This document shows positions 13,001 through 22,755 of a stretch of 64,000 bases of DNA, in pieces; the first letter of the stretch is position 1; each line of letters begins with the position of its first letter. The position numbers and the translations under genes were made by a program. The notes beneath the pieces are model-generated. The model was not told the DNA's origin and ran no database searches. It worked only from the letters and a program-made list of their open reading frames with translations. The stretch comes from Chrysemys picta bellii (lineage: Eukaryota), in the NCBI RefSeq assembly GCF_011386835.1, contig NC_088806.1, positions 27,032,001-27,096,000 on the forward strand. The letters are read 5' to 3'.

Positions 13001-14595
13001 ATTGGAGTGGATGATATAAGGTAACGGGATAAAGAGCAGCAAGATGACACAGGGCAAAGAACCCAAGAGACTGGGAAATCCAGACAGAAAGAGTTAAGAC
13101 ACTCTGGGAAGCAATTAATATGTCTGTACTCCCTCTTCAGTATCCTTAAAACGCACACTGAGTGAGTCTAAGTCTACAGCTCTTTGCATCCTCCTTTCAG
13201 ATCCTTCTGCTCAGGGCATGATAGGCATCCTGTTCATTACATTTAAATTCAAGTTGGTTTATCCATTTACACATCTAATTAATGTCACTTAGACATTTAC
13301 TTGGTTTAACTGACCCTCACCCAACCAGTGACCTTTTAAAGACATTTTCCTCAGTCTATTTTATGTACTTATGTGGCCCCACCCACTGTTGTATCTGAAC
13401 AACTCACAATCTTTAATACATTTATCCTCACAACAAACAGGAGAGTGTTCTTACCACCATTTTACAGATGTGGAGGTGAGGCACAGAGGAATTAAGCGAC
13501 TTGCCCAAGGAAGTCTGTGGCAGAGCAGGGACTTGCACCCAGGTCTCCAGAGTCCCTGACTAGTGTCCTAATCACTGGACCGTCCTTCCACCCCTTGAAT
13601 CCCCATCCCAGCGCTTACCAGACCCAGCCCTACTAGGCTGTGAGGTTGGATGGCACCCTGGCACCAAGTGATACAGCTACATTTCTAACTATACTGAGGA
13701 AATATACATGGCCAAAGGCTCTGTTGGGTTTTTTTTAATTTTTCATTACTGCTGTTATACTTACTACAGATCAAACCTAGTTTTGATGTCAGTGAATCCC
13801 TTCTATTGAGGTCCTTGTACCGCACCCACCATTGTGGCATCTCAGCACCTTTATGTCAAGGATAGTCCAAACAAATGCACGCCAGATCAACTTCTACCCA
13901 TTGGGTCCCTCTGGTATAAGAGGCGGCTAGCGCTAGACTCTGGTGAAACCATCCTGCAATGCTCAATAAGACTAGCTAGATGCCAGGCTCTGCTTGCAGA
14001 AACTGAGCCCTGGTGCATTCACCGAGCAAAGCCCTTGCTAATGCCCCAGTCCCAGGCTACCCAGGGACACCCCACAAGGCTTTGGAGACGGTCAGGTCCG
14101 TTCATAGGGAGACAAGGTGGGTGTGGTAATATTTGGGTCCAACAGAAGGTATTAACTCACCCACCCTGTCTCTCTCATATCCTGGGACCAGCACGGCTAC
14201 ACCACCCTTGCATGGGTCCCTTCATTTCTTTATCAGGCAGCCCTAAGGCTACTGTGTGCCGTCTATATGCAGCCCACTCGCCAGGTGGTAGGGTGTGTAC
14301 TCTGCCCCGGTCCCTGCCGGCCCCAGGGGGCCGGGCTCCCCTGCACAAGGAGGGGGCTGGGTTCCCGTGCCCGGGAGGGGGGCTGGGCTCCCGGCCCGGT
14401 GCCTGCCCCTTGCACCCCGCGGGGACAACCCCCCCAGCCGCCCGTGGGCAGTCAGCCGGGCCCTCAGCCGCGCCGCCCGCGTGGCACCTACTCCGCCTTG
14501 GCCTCCTCCGGGGCCGGGGCCGGCCCCTCCTCTCGCGGCCGGCCCGGGTCCCCGCCGCCTCCCCGCGGCCGCTGCCGGGTCCCTTTGGCCGCCAT
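6972..14595 (-). CDS. ALG9: Alpha-1,2-mannosyltransferase ALG9, partial gene model (coding exons 1-8; continues left of the window)
   Basis: join(14595-14492,12964-12826,12626-12492,11272-11202,10088-10000,8795-8660,8097-8010,7077-6972). Exon sizes are 104/139/135/71/89/136/88/106, all GT-AG with matching phases. Translation includes SGNKAGQVWAPEGSTAFKCLISAR...DCDETFNYWEPMHYLVYGKGFQTWEYSP, typical of ALG9. Confidence 0.97.
8010..8097 (-). CDS. ALG9: ALG9 exon 7
   Basis: ttccag|G CTA CCT ... TTT TTG|gtaagt; LPIAVDLLIIKRRWKSFLNWCLVALILFL. Confidence 0.95.
8660..8795 (-). CDS. ALG9: ALG9 exon 6
   Basis: ttgtag|CC TTC CTC CCC AGC ... CTT GG|gtaagg; FLPSSFCMYTTVVAMTGWYMDKTSVAVLGVAAGAIVGWPFSAALG. 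Confidence 0.95.
10000..10088 (-). CDS. ALG9: ALG9 exon 5
   Basis: cctag|G GCC GTG TGT AAG ... GCA G|gtaggc; AVCKKFGLHVSRLMLAFLVLSTGMFCSAA. Confidence 0.95.
11202..11272 (-). CDS. ALG9: ALG9 exon 4
   Basis: tctag|GTT CTC GTC TTT TAT TTC CTG CGA TGT ... TAT AA|gtgagt; 71 bp; VLVFYFLRCLLAFLSCICELYFYK. Confidence 0.95.
11996..12216. mobile_element. hAT (Charlie-like) MITE
   Basis: TIRs CAGTGGTTCTCAAAC / GTTTGAGAACCCCTG; TSD tcttagac / ccttagac (7 of 8 match). Confidence 0.88.
12492..12626 (-). CDS. ALG9: ALG9 exon 3
   Basis: gtag|ATG CAC ... AAT AAG|gtaaat; MHYLVYGKGFQTWEYSPVYAIRSYAYLWLHALPALFHARVLRTNK. Confidence 0.96.
12826..12964 (-). CDS. ALG9: ALG9 exon 2
   Basis: ttag|G CCA TCT GGG AAC AAG ... 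TAC TGG GAA CCG|gtgagt; PSGNKAGQVWAPEGSTAFKCLISARFCAALLSNISDCDETFNYWEP. Confidence 0.96.
13395..13590 (-). mobile_element. CORE-SINE (MIR-like)
   Basis: cattttacagatgtggaggtgaggcacagaggaattaagcgacttgcccaagg matches the MIR CORE. Confidence 0.75.
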
Positions 14596-14780
14596 GCCTA
14601 GCTCGGGCAGCAGCGCGCCGGGCTCCCCCTGCTGTTCGCGGGAGGCACGGGCTGAGGCCGGCCGCCGCCATACTTAGTGCGGGCAGCCCCGGGCGCAGGC
14701 TGCAGCCGGCCCCGGGGGACTCCGTGCTTCCCTCGTCCGGGCTCCGGTCCGCTTCCTGCAACGGGCACCGGAAGGCAGGG
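14300..14780 (-). promoter_or_regulatory. ALG9 CpG island and promoter
   Basis: Very GC- and CpG-rich stretch around the ATG. ETS/GABP-type ACCGGAAG at 14767-14774. No TATA box seen. Confidence 0.8.
14492..14595 (-). CDS. ALG9: ALG9 coding exon 1 (MAAKGTRQRPRGGGGDPGRPREEGPAPAPEEAKAE)
   Basis: ATG at 14595 inside a CpG island. Donor GA|gtaggt is phase 2, matching exon 2. The start resembles human MASRGARQR. Confidence 0.85.
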
Positions 14781-15340
14781 GAGAGCGCCCCGCTGTGCAT
14801 TGAGCGTGCAATTCGCACCGTGCAAGGGGGGGTGCATAGGAGAGCGCCCCCCCCGGGCCCCGAGTATGCAATTCTCATTGTGCAAGCGGGAGTGCGCGGG
14901 AGAACGCGCAGCTGTGTGCACTGTGCGCCATTCGCTCGGTGCAAGGGAGGGCGCGCAGCTGTGTGCAATGTGCGCCATTCGCTCCGTGCAAGGGAGGGCG
15001 CGGGAGAGCGCGCAGCTGTGTGCAATGTGCGCCGTTCACTCTGTGCAAGGGGGCGCATAGGAGAGCGCCCTGCTGTGCATGGAGCATGCACTTCTCACCC
15101 TCCAAGGAGGTACATAGGAGAGCACCCTGTTGTGCAATTCTCTCCATGCAAGGGGGGAGGAGGGTTGCATAGGAGAGAAACCCCACTGTGCAATTCTCGT
15201 CATGCAAGAGGGTATAAAAGATGCCCCACCGTGCAGAGTGTGTGTAAGTCTAACCCTGCAAGGGGGTGTAAAAAGAGCACCCAGCTGTGCAATAAGTCTA
15301 TCCCTGCAAAGGGGTGCACAGAAGCATGTGCTAAGTGTAC
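14775..15340. repeat. Degenerate TGCA-rich minisatellite (about 45-60 bp units) upstream of ALG9
   Basis: Recurring gagagcgc..gctgtgcaat..ttcgctccgtgcaagggg units that become progressively more divergent towards 15340. Confidence 0.8.
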
Positions 15341-16150
15341 AACAGTCTGTGCCAGGGGACAGGTGCAAGGAGCACCCCATGAAGCATGGAACTGAGTCTC
15401 CCTGGGTCAGGGGTGCAGGTAGAATGCCTCTTAAGTAGACTACCCCCCTCATGAAATTGAAAAATCCTGGGAAGATTCAAAACAAATTAAAGTTGTTTAC
15501 TGAGAACATTGTCTTTTACTATGATTATGCTATGCACCATAGTATGATGCTACCAGTACTAGAAATCAAGTGATTTCTTCCTAAAGCTGCTGCCCCTACG
15601 GTTTGTTGTTCATGTGTCATTCTCCTTAGTACTCATGGTCTTTCACCTGTTATTCAATTCCTAAACTGTGAACAAAACTGTCAAGAACTAGAATCAAATA
15701 GGGTATCATGGTTCCAGCTCCTCCCTGCAGGGGCTGCACCTCTTAAAGACTCAAAAGATCCAACTTCAAAACCCTTAATATACCTACCCCTGCCTTAGAT
15801 GATGTAGTTTCTGCTCTATCCCTTCTATAGAAAGGGATGCCACAGATCTAAGGCACTCTTTGGTTCAGATGGGTGTTGATTTCCTGTAGTGAGACCACTT
15901 GAGCCTCCATGGTCAGACATTTTAAAAAGTAAGAGGCAATCATTGAAGTTTTCCTGATAAGAGTAGCTAATATAATCAAGCAACATTTGGCAGACTTGTC
16001 CCAAAAGTTAGTGTAAACCCACCTTTAGCACAAATAAGCAGAATCACTTCCAACTCCACCTTTTTATGGGAACCTAGTAAAAGAAGACACCAACTGTGAC
16101 CTGGCATTTCAACAATCACATACGGTCAGACAAGGGGAAGGCAGCTGGAC

Positions 16151-16156
16151 TTTATT
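16151..16156 (-). terminator. Candidate FDXACB1 poly(A) signal AATAAA
   Basis: tttatt on the + strand, about 190 nt past the stop codon. Confidence 0.5.
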
Positions 16157-16348
16157 TTTTGAGAGCAGAATTAAAGGCACAGGTATAACATTTTAAATTA
16201 ATCTGCACAGCCTTTATAAGAGGCAGAATTTGGCTAGACATAATAGTAACACACAGTGTTTAGACCACACACTATGAAGTCCAGGCTTCCCCCAGCAAAG
16301 TGAATTAAGGGTGCTGTTGGTGAAGGTCTGAAACTAGCATACAATGAT

Positions 16349-17537
16349 CTACCGAAGAGTTATGTGCAAACATTGCTGTATCTCCTTTCTAAACTGCATC
16401 TGCATCTCTGCCACCTGCTGGCAAGTAAGAGCCTTGTCACAGGACTGGAAGGTTAGTCTGTAGCAGAGGCTGGTTTGTCCAGTTTGTGGATGCTGAAAGC
16501 TGTCAAGGAGCTGGATGGACACGACAGTTTCCTGTGACACACACCTGGCAATGGTGTGAAATGCAACTTCGTCAAACTGTTCCCTCTCAGAAACCCAGAA
16601 GCTGACGTCATGCACATAGGAAGGTGGATGGAGGGAAAAGCTCTTGAAAGGTCCTAACTCTCCTCCAATAAACTGATTCAGGAAACGCTCATCTAAGGTC
16701 CACAGCATTCGCCAGTCAGAAATGCCACAAATTTGCATGGTTAGCAGGTCAAGATTCAGTGATGCAAACACAATGCCCAGTTCACTGTTTATTAGCCCGC
16801 AGGGAGCTGCTGATATGGCTCCAACGCAAGAGCCGTTGGCTTTGGAGTCTGAAGTGTCTGTTTTCACACAGATGAAATATTGAGTTTTATCAAGCTGAAG
16901 GTCAGGCATGACTGAATCATTTAGCTCAATGGTTTCAGATCTTTTTGCTTCCTCGACTGTGGAGTTCAATGTAAAACACAAAAGAGATGGGAGCAGAGAA
17001 CTTATAGTATTTTTAATATTATCCATAAGCAGCTGGATACAGCTGCCCTCTGTACCCTTATCAACTGCACACACAAAAAGAGTCTCATGAAAAACAGGCA
17101 GAGTGTGAGGAGAGATCCGACACTTCCTAAAGACAGGCCCACTGAGAACATGCAGAGTCCCAGGGAGAAAGCTCAGCCTTTGTATCGCATCCTGAACATA
17201 AACCAGAAGGGAAGACCGAAGATGATAATGTTCCAAGAGCTGGTCTCCTTCCTGAGCCTTCATTCTGTCAGCTTGGTCTATGTCCCTGCAGAAATGAAGG
17301 CCAGGAAATAAGACCCCTCTTGCTGTTCCCTTACCTATAGGTTCAGAGCTTGGATTTTGCTCTGTGTTGGGAATGATCCAAAAGGCATTGGACTGAGAAA
17401 CAGCGCTTAGGTGGCCGTGGTGCAGGAGAGAAAGGGAGCAGTCAACCCTTTGTAATGGGAAGGTTTGGCTGAGTTGAGTGATGAGCTTTTCATTTATAGT
17501 TCTTACCGGATGATCTGAATTGTTATCTAGGAAACCC
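16349..17537 (-). CDS. FDXACB1: FDXACB1 coding exon 5 (terminal)
   Basis: ttaatag|G GGT TTC CTA GAT ...; GFLDNNSDHPVRTINEKLITQLSQTFPL reads without a stop into ORF 16349..17263, ending IQQCLHITLR*. Confidence 0.95.
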
Positions 17538-20500
17538 CTATTAAAAACAAAACAGCAGATTACAAGTCTAAGTACAGTGATTTTTATAAAAACATTTTCC
17601 TTTGTTTATAATTAAAGACTTCGCCAAAGTGATCTTAATGTTAAGTTTGTTTTCAATAGCCACTTGGACAGGGAAAATCTTTAGTCATGGTGGCATAGTT
17701 ATTACCAAGACATCTGCAGGACATAAGGGTGTGGGTTAAGAGTTGCAATTGAGGATTAGTTGCACTTCAGCTGGTGGAAGGGGGAGGACTTTCCTAGCAA
17801 GTATCAGCTGACTTCCACTATTAGAATTACAAGCTTATTTAAGGACACCAATCAAAAGCATGTTAGCTCTGGATATTTTCCAGAATATGAACCAGTTTAG
17901 AGAGATTAAAAACTTGGTTATAGTTTTTAATCCTAACTAGCCTTACTAATATTAGCACAGACTAAACCACCACAGGACTGCTCCCAAATCACTGCACAAT
18001 GTGTAATTAAAACTTCACTCTTCTACTCCTGTAGATAGGAACAGTAACATCCTCTTTTCTGAAGACTTACGCCAAGTGGACCATAAATATGAAACCAACA
18101 TGTAAAAAACAAAAATGACCAAATTTGCTCTTTCACCCTAAGAGGAAATGGAATTTGGAACATTTAATGATTACCTGTCTCAGAGATGCAAACTAATCAT
18201 TCATGTAAGATTGTGGATTAAGTTAGCAGTGGACTCAACCATTGTCTGGTTTTGTTCAGCATGGCCCAAATGCAGCCTGGTGAATAAATCAAAATCAAAC
18301 CAGATATTGGACTTGAACACGTACCTGTTAATTTTATCCACAAATATTTCTGGAACCTGGAAGGAAACCCTCTTGCCCTCCAGTTCAGTTTGGCACATCA
18401 CAGGCCTGGGATGTGGAAATGGCAAGCCCCGAGTGAAGATGTGGTTTAATGCACCTTCTACAGAGAAGGATTTATCCTGACTCCTGGCAACACACACACA
18501 AATGCACCATCTGGTAAAGTAACTGATATTTGACCAATATTAAGCACACAAAAGCAAGTGACATTGAATGACTAGTAAATTGATAAGATTGAGTCAGCAT
18601 AATGTTGTCTACATTGCACGCTAGAACTTCTGCAATCTTTATCTAAGCAAATAGACCAATCATAGGATGTGGACTCTCCCCATCCCCTTAATATTACTTG
18701 TTCCATTTGGAAACAGAAATGCTATTCCTGAGATTTAAGATACCATTTTTTCTGGCAGATACTCTCTCAAAAGGCAAGAATTTCACTGTTTCTTAACTAT
18801 CCTACTAGGAGATGGAAGAGAAGTATATTGTATTTTTATAGAATAAAAAATATTAGAGGGGGGTTTCCTCCACAAGACAATGCTCTGGACTATGGTCTTG
18901 GGCACTATGGAAATACCCAAGGAGCAGCATGAATATCAAATGACTTTTTGCAGTATCTACAAGTTACCTGTAGCCAGTGCACTTATATCCATGAGCATCC
19001 TCTAAATTGAAGGGATGAACATCACTCAAGATAAATCCTGCTCCCGCTGCCATAGCCACGACTTGCCAGCTGTTGTGCCACTCTCTCATTGGCTGGTCAG
19101 CAGGCGTCCCTCCCTGCCCTTTGCAAAGAGCCACATGGACCTCTCCCTTCTCTGCGAGCACATCTGTGCAGCTAGAACAAGAACCAGCTGGTCATACTCT
19201 TGCAGGACACTTAGAAACAGAACAGTGACAGTAAAATACATGGGGAAAAGGGCCCCTTCTAAACAATGGTTTTTAAAACAGTCCCAGAAAATGGCTTTGA
19301 ATTTAAGGCACTAGTTTCAGGAACCAGCACACAGCTTCTAGAAAGTGGCTCAGCAGACCACCTGGTAAGAGATAGGTCTGTGCTACTTAATTTCACTTTA
19401 CTCACCTACAGAAAAAATTTGTAAGAAGCTCTCTATTCTTTGTCACCCCAGCTTTCCTCCCACAGTGAGGGAAATTGAAATAAATGCAATCAAAATTTCT
19501 CTTTGCTGGCAAAAAATAGTCCTTCAGTTTGGTACAGTCCACACAAAAACAAACTTCAACCCCTGCAAAAGTAAAGAAAAGCACAAGAGCAGAATCTTCA
19601 TTGAAAAGCCCAGAATATATACATAAGTAACCAGGTAGAAAGGGAGAGAGTAGGGTTGGGTTATTTTAATGGAGCTTTCAATCTGTCAAACAGCTTCTAC
19701 TGTTGGTCATAAAGGTGACAAGTGAAAAGGAAAAGCAAAATCAGACATTAAGAAAAGTTCTATGTCGTCCCATCTAGTTCATTCCATAGGGGCCAATGCA
19801 GGATTGTTCCCCCATCGTATTTTCTAGTACTTTGCACAATCCAGTTTTAAATATCACGTGGCATTTCCTTTCTTCTTTCCTTACCCGCACTGGAGGTGAT
19901 GTTAGGAAGTTAAGCCCCCTTTTACTTCTGCTGCTGGTGGTTTTTGTTGTTTTCTTTAGTGTGATTCTGATTAGATTTGAAGGTATGAGTATTTGGAGGG
20001 TTCTTCACTCCTCTGAGGGAATTTCTCTAGAATCCCCCTCATTTCTTCTGGGGAAATGTTCTCTGGTCTGAAATTGATATTTGAAGTGCCTTAATTGCGC
20101 CTACAAAACCATCTCCTGTTTTAGTAACTTTGTTCTTTCCCCAGAGGCCCTTTATCATCGTTATGACCAATAATGTTGTTCAATACAGGGATCTTGTTTC
20201 AATAGCTGTTAAAATGCATTTCCTGTGGAACAATGCCACAACCTGATAAATCTCACTGTCTGGAAGAATTTCACTGTATTTTTTCCTTTTCATAATTTTA
20301 TCCACTCCCTCAGTTACTCACCCAGACAGCTGTGGGGGATACTTAGCATTCAGCACAATATGGCAAAGTGATTTCCTTTGGGCATTTCTTTACCTTTCGC
20401 TCTCAGATGTTGTATGTTAGTTTTAGCAAGTGCCTGTCTGGAAACTCTCTCTTCACTCTCATAGCAAGTGGCAGTGATACGAGTCTCACGATCGCTGGCA

Positions 20501-20568
20501 TTGCACAAGGAGGCAGAGAAGGAGAAGTTTCCTTCCCCGACTAGAAGGAGTTGGCGGGTGGGTCTCAT
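16349..20568 (-). CDS. FDXACB1: Ferredoxin-fold anticodon-binding domain-containing protein 1, complete (627 aa)
   Basis: join(20568-20394,19562-19406,19171-18968,18483-18325,17537-16349) = 175+157+204+159+1189 = 1884 nt, open throughout. N-terminal LLVGEGNFSFS...FNFPHCG (DUF2431 methyltransferase-like); C-terminal HDVSFW...SLCYRLTFQSCDKAL (FDX-ACB). Confidence 0.96.
18325..18483 (-). CDS. FDXACB1: FDXACB1 coding exon 4
   Basis: tgccag|G AGT CAG GAT ... AAC AG|gtacgt; SQDKSFSVEGALNHIFTRGLPF. Confidence 0.95.
18968..19171 (-). CDS. FDXACB1: FDXACB1 coding exon 3
   Basis: ttctag|C TGC ACA GAT GTG ... TAC AG|gtaact; LAEKGEVHVALCKGQGGTPADQPMREWHNSWQVVAMAA. Confidence 0.95.
19406..19562 (-). CDS. 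FDXACB1: FDXACB1 coding exon 2
   Basis: ttgcag|GG GTT GAA ... TGT AG|gtgagt; VEVCFCVDCTKL...FNFPHCGRKAGVTKNRELLTNFFC. Confidence 0.95.
20394..20568 (-). CDS. FDXACB1: FDXACB1 coding exon 1
   Basis: MRPTRQLLLVGEGNFSFSASLC...QHLRAK G|gtaaag. An acceptor cttcctacttcttag|GC at 20580 lies 12 nt before the ATG. Confidence 0.93.
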
Positions 20569-20900
20569 GGTATCAAAAGCCTAAGAAGTAGGAAGATGGG
20601 TCAGGGCACCCTTGTGCTGTCACAGTTTCAGCCTTTAACAAGAGGCCTGGTAGCCTCATGCATTACAAGAGGCTGCCAAAGTGGGGGGTTGAGGCCGAGC
20701 TGTGGGACCCACCTGAATGGTTCACTTGCCTCCCCCTTTGGGGGAAAAAGGGCCTCACCATTTCATCCCCCCCCCCCCCGTAGAAAACAGACCTTAGACC
20801 TCTCCCCATCAAAAAAGGCCCTATCTGCACCATCGCCCACCCCACCACAGCACTGGGACGGGAGACGCCCCCTTGGCCCACCCCACCGCGGCGCCCGCCC

Positions 20901-20990
20901 CACGCTGGGAGGGGAGACCCCCCCCCGGTCCACGCTGGGAGGGGAGACGCCCCCCCGGTCCACGCTGGGAGGGGAGACGCCCCCCCGGCC
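20901..20990. repeat. Three tandem copies of a 30-bp GC-rich unit
   Basis: cacgctgggaggggagacgcccccccggtc x3, with 1-2 mismatches per copy. Confidence 0.9.
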
Positions 20991-21129
20991 TACCAGACCC
21001 CTGGGCTCCCAGGGAGGGGATGGGGCGGGCACCCTAAATTGAGGACTCCCAAGGAGCCCGAACCTCTCCCAGGGACCCGTCCCGGGGCCTCTCAAGGGGC
21101 CCTCATCCTACTGCCCCCGCCCCACTCAC

Positions 21130-21300
21130 CAGTGCCCAGGCCGTCGCTCCCCTGGTCGGACAGTCTCTTCGCGGTATGATTTGCCTCACTTCCGGCGCGC
21201 GGCTAGTGACGTCAGACGCGTTTCCCGGCTTCCATGGGAACAGGCTCGGCTCCGCCCCTCCAAGCGGCGCTCGGTTGTCGCGTCGGGACCAGCGGGCGAG
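21130..21300 (-). other. FDXACB1: Putative non-coding first exon of FDXACB1 (5' boundary approximate)
   Basis: Consensus donor CTG|gtgagt at 21130 pairs with the acceptor at 20580, just upstream of the ATG. Confidence 0.6.
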
Positions 21301-21417
21301 TCCGCGCAGCAAAGCGGAGCCTCCTCTTCCCGGGCGGCGCCGGCGCGTAACGTCCCGCCAGTGACCTCATCGCCGAGGGGCCAGGGGGCGTGGTCTGTGA
21401 TTTACGGGCGGGTCAGG
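21300..21417 (+). other. CFAP68: Putative non-coding first exon of CFAP68 (5' boundary approximate)
   Basis: Donor CAGG|gtgagc at 21417/21418. The first coding exon starts with an acceptor at 26853, so an upstream exon is required. Confidence 0.5.
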
Positions 21418-22116
21418 GTGAGCCCAGAGGAGGGGCCTGTAGTGCAAGTGGGCGGGGCTGGACCTAGGAGGCGTGGCCTGGCTCCGCGTGGGCGGGGCTA
21501 ACGCAGTGGGCGGGGCCTGTAGCCCAAGGTCATGGGGTTGGGCCTAGGAGGTGGGTCCTGGGTGCCAAGTGGGGAGACTGAGCTCAGTGGCAGAGGCCCC
21601 AATAATGCAAGGGGGAACTGGACAGAGATGTGGGAGGGGCTTGTGGCTTAAGGGCAAGGATCTTACTTGGGTGCAATGGGCAAGTGGAGCCTTGTATATG
21701 GCAGTGACCCCCTAGCTAATGCTGGCAGCATTGAAGCCCTGTGCTAAAGTTAATATGCCTGGCAGCTGCAGAGTTTCTGACCTTGTGGGGTAGGAGCTCT
21801 GTGCCAGGAGAGCAGTCATTCCTGCATGGGCACAGCTCACCTTGCAGTTCATAGGGACTCAGTTGCTTGTGGGTACTTAGTGTTTTCTTTTCTTGACTGC
21901 CCAGTTTCTGGTGTTTTATTCTTTGTTCATTGTTTTCTTTACAATGAAAACAGGGAACTTCAGCACAAAACTCTCCATTCAAGTAATATTGTTAATATTA
22001 CATCTCTAAACAAACCCAATTGTGCTATAGTTCCCTTCCCATTTAAAGGCTAATCTGGCTATGTTGCACATCGGAAATATTTCCTGGCCCCATTTCCCAG
22101 GTTCATTGTGTAGCTC

Positions 22117-22755
22117 TGTGACTGTTCATGGCACGGTTTATACCCCATTGACCCCCTGAGTCAGGAGGGGTAGGAGGTAACCCTGCCTATCTATGCTTTG
22201 GTCTGTTTTCCACACCCTCTCCCGTAGGCCACAGTGTGGCCCAATGACCCAGGCTCATCCACTGCTTCTTCCCGGGTGGGGTCACACAGCCTAGCAGCTA
22301 GAGCCCTTGGGCAGTATGGCCCAATAGCCAGAGTCCCCTAAGTTTCTTCCCCTAGTGGGTTAATGTGGCCTAGCAGCCAGAGTCACTTCAGTGGGCCCCC
22401 AGGACAGTAGAGTAGGATGGCCTGGAGGTCATCCCACAAAGGTGGCAGCCCACGCCTACCCAACTCAACCCAGGGCCCTAACAGCTTGCTACAGGTCAGC
22501 AGGGAATCTCACCAAAACACACTGCCCTCATTGGGACAGGAGGTAACACTCCCACACACCCCCAGCCACTTCTTACCTGCTTTCTTGCTGCAGCATCCCA
22601 TGTAATAACAGTGTCTCCAGGTTCCTCAGCACCATAGCTCTGCCAGCTTTTATACCTGAGCATGCCCAGCAGCACCTCAGGGGTGGGGCTTTCTCTGCAA
22701 GGAGGGAAGGGTTAACCCTCTCATTCCCAATGCGGGGCCGGTCCGCCCCGTCACA
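22117..22755 (-). mobile_element. Probable solo LTR (Gypsy-like)
   Basis: TGTGAC...GTCACA terminal inverted repeat, 639 bp long, TATAAAAG on the minus strand at 22647-22654. No clean TSD. Confidence 0.5.

Larger units (their letters stand above)
20860..21520. promoter_or_regulatory. Bidirectional CpG-island promoter of FDXACB1 and CFAP68
   Basis: CpG-rich. ACTTCCGG (ETS/GABP) at 21188-21195, full CRE TGACGTCA at 21207-21214, three GGGCGGGGC GC-boxes at about 21450-21520. Confidence 0.85.

Noticed and set aside
14249-15395. Long ORFs (280-366 aa) on both strands
   Set aside because: Artefacts of the GC-rich CpG island and minisatellite, which have few stop codons. The translations are low-complexity A/G/P/R-rich.
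17286-17334. Apparent mini-intron (GTAAGG...TTTCTGCAG) inside FDXACB1 exon 5
   Set aside because: Only 49 nt, too short for a typical vertebrate intron, and removing it would frameshift. The frame is open straight through it.
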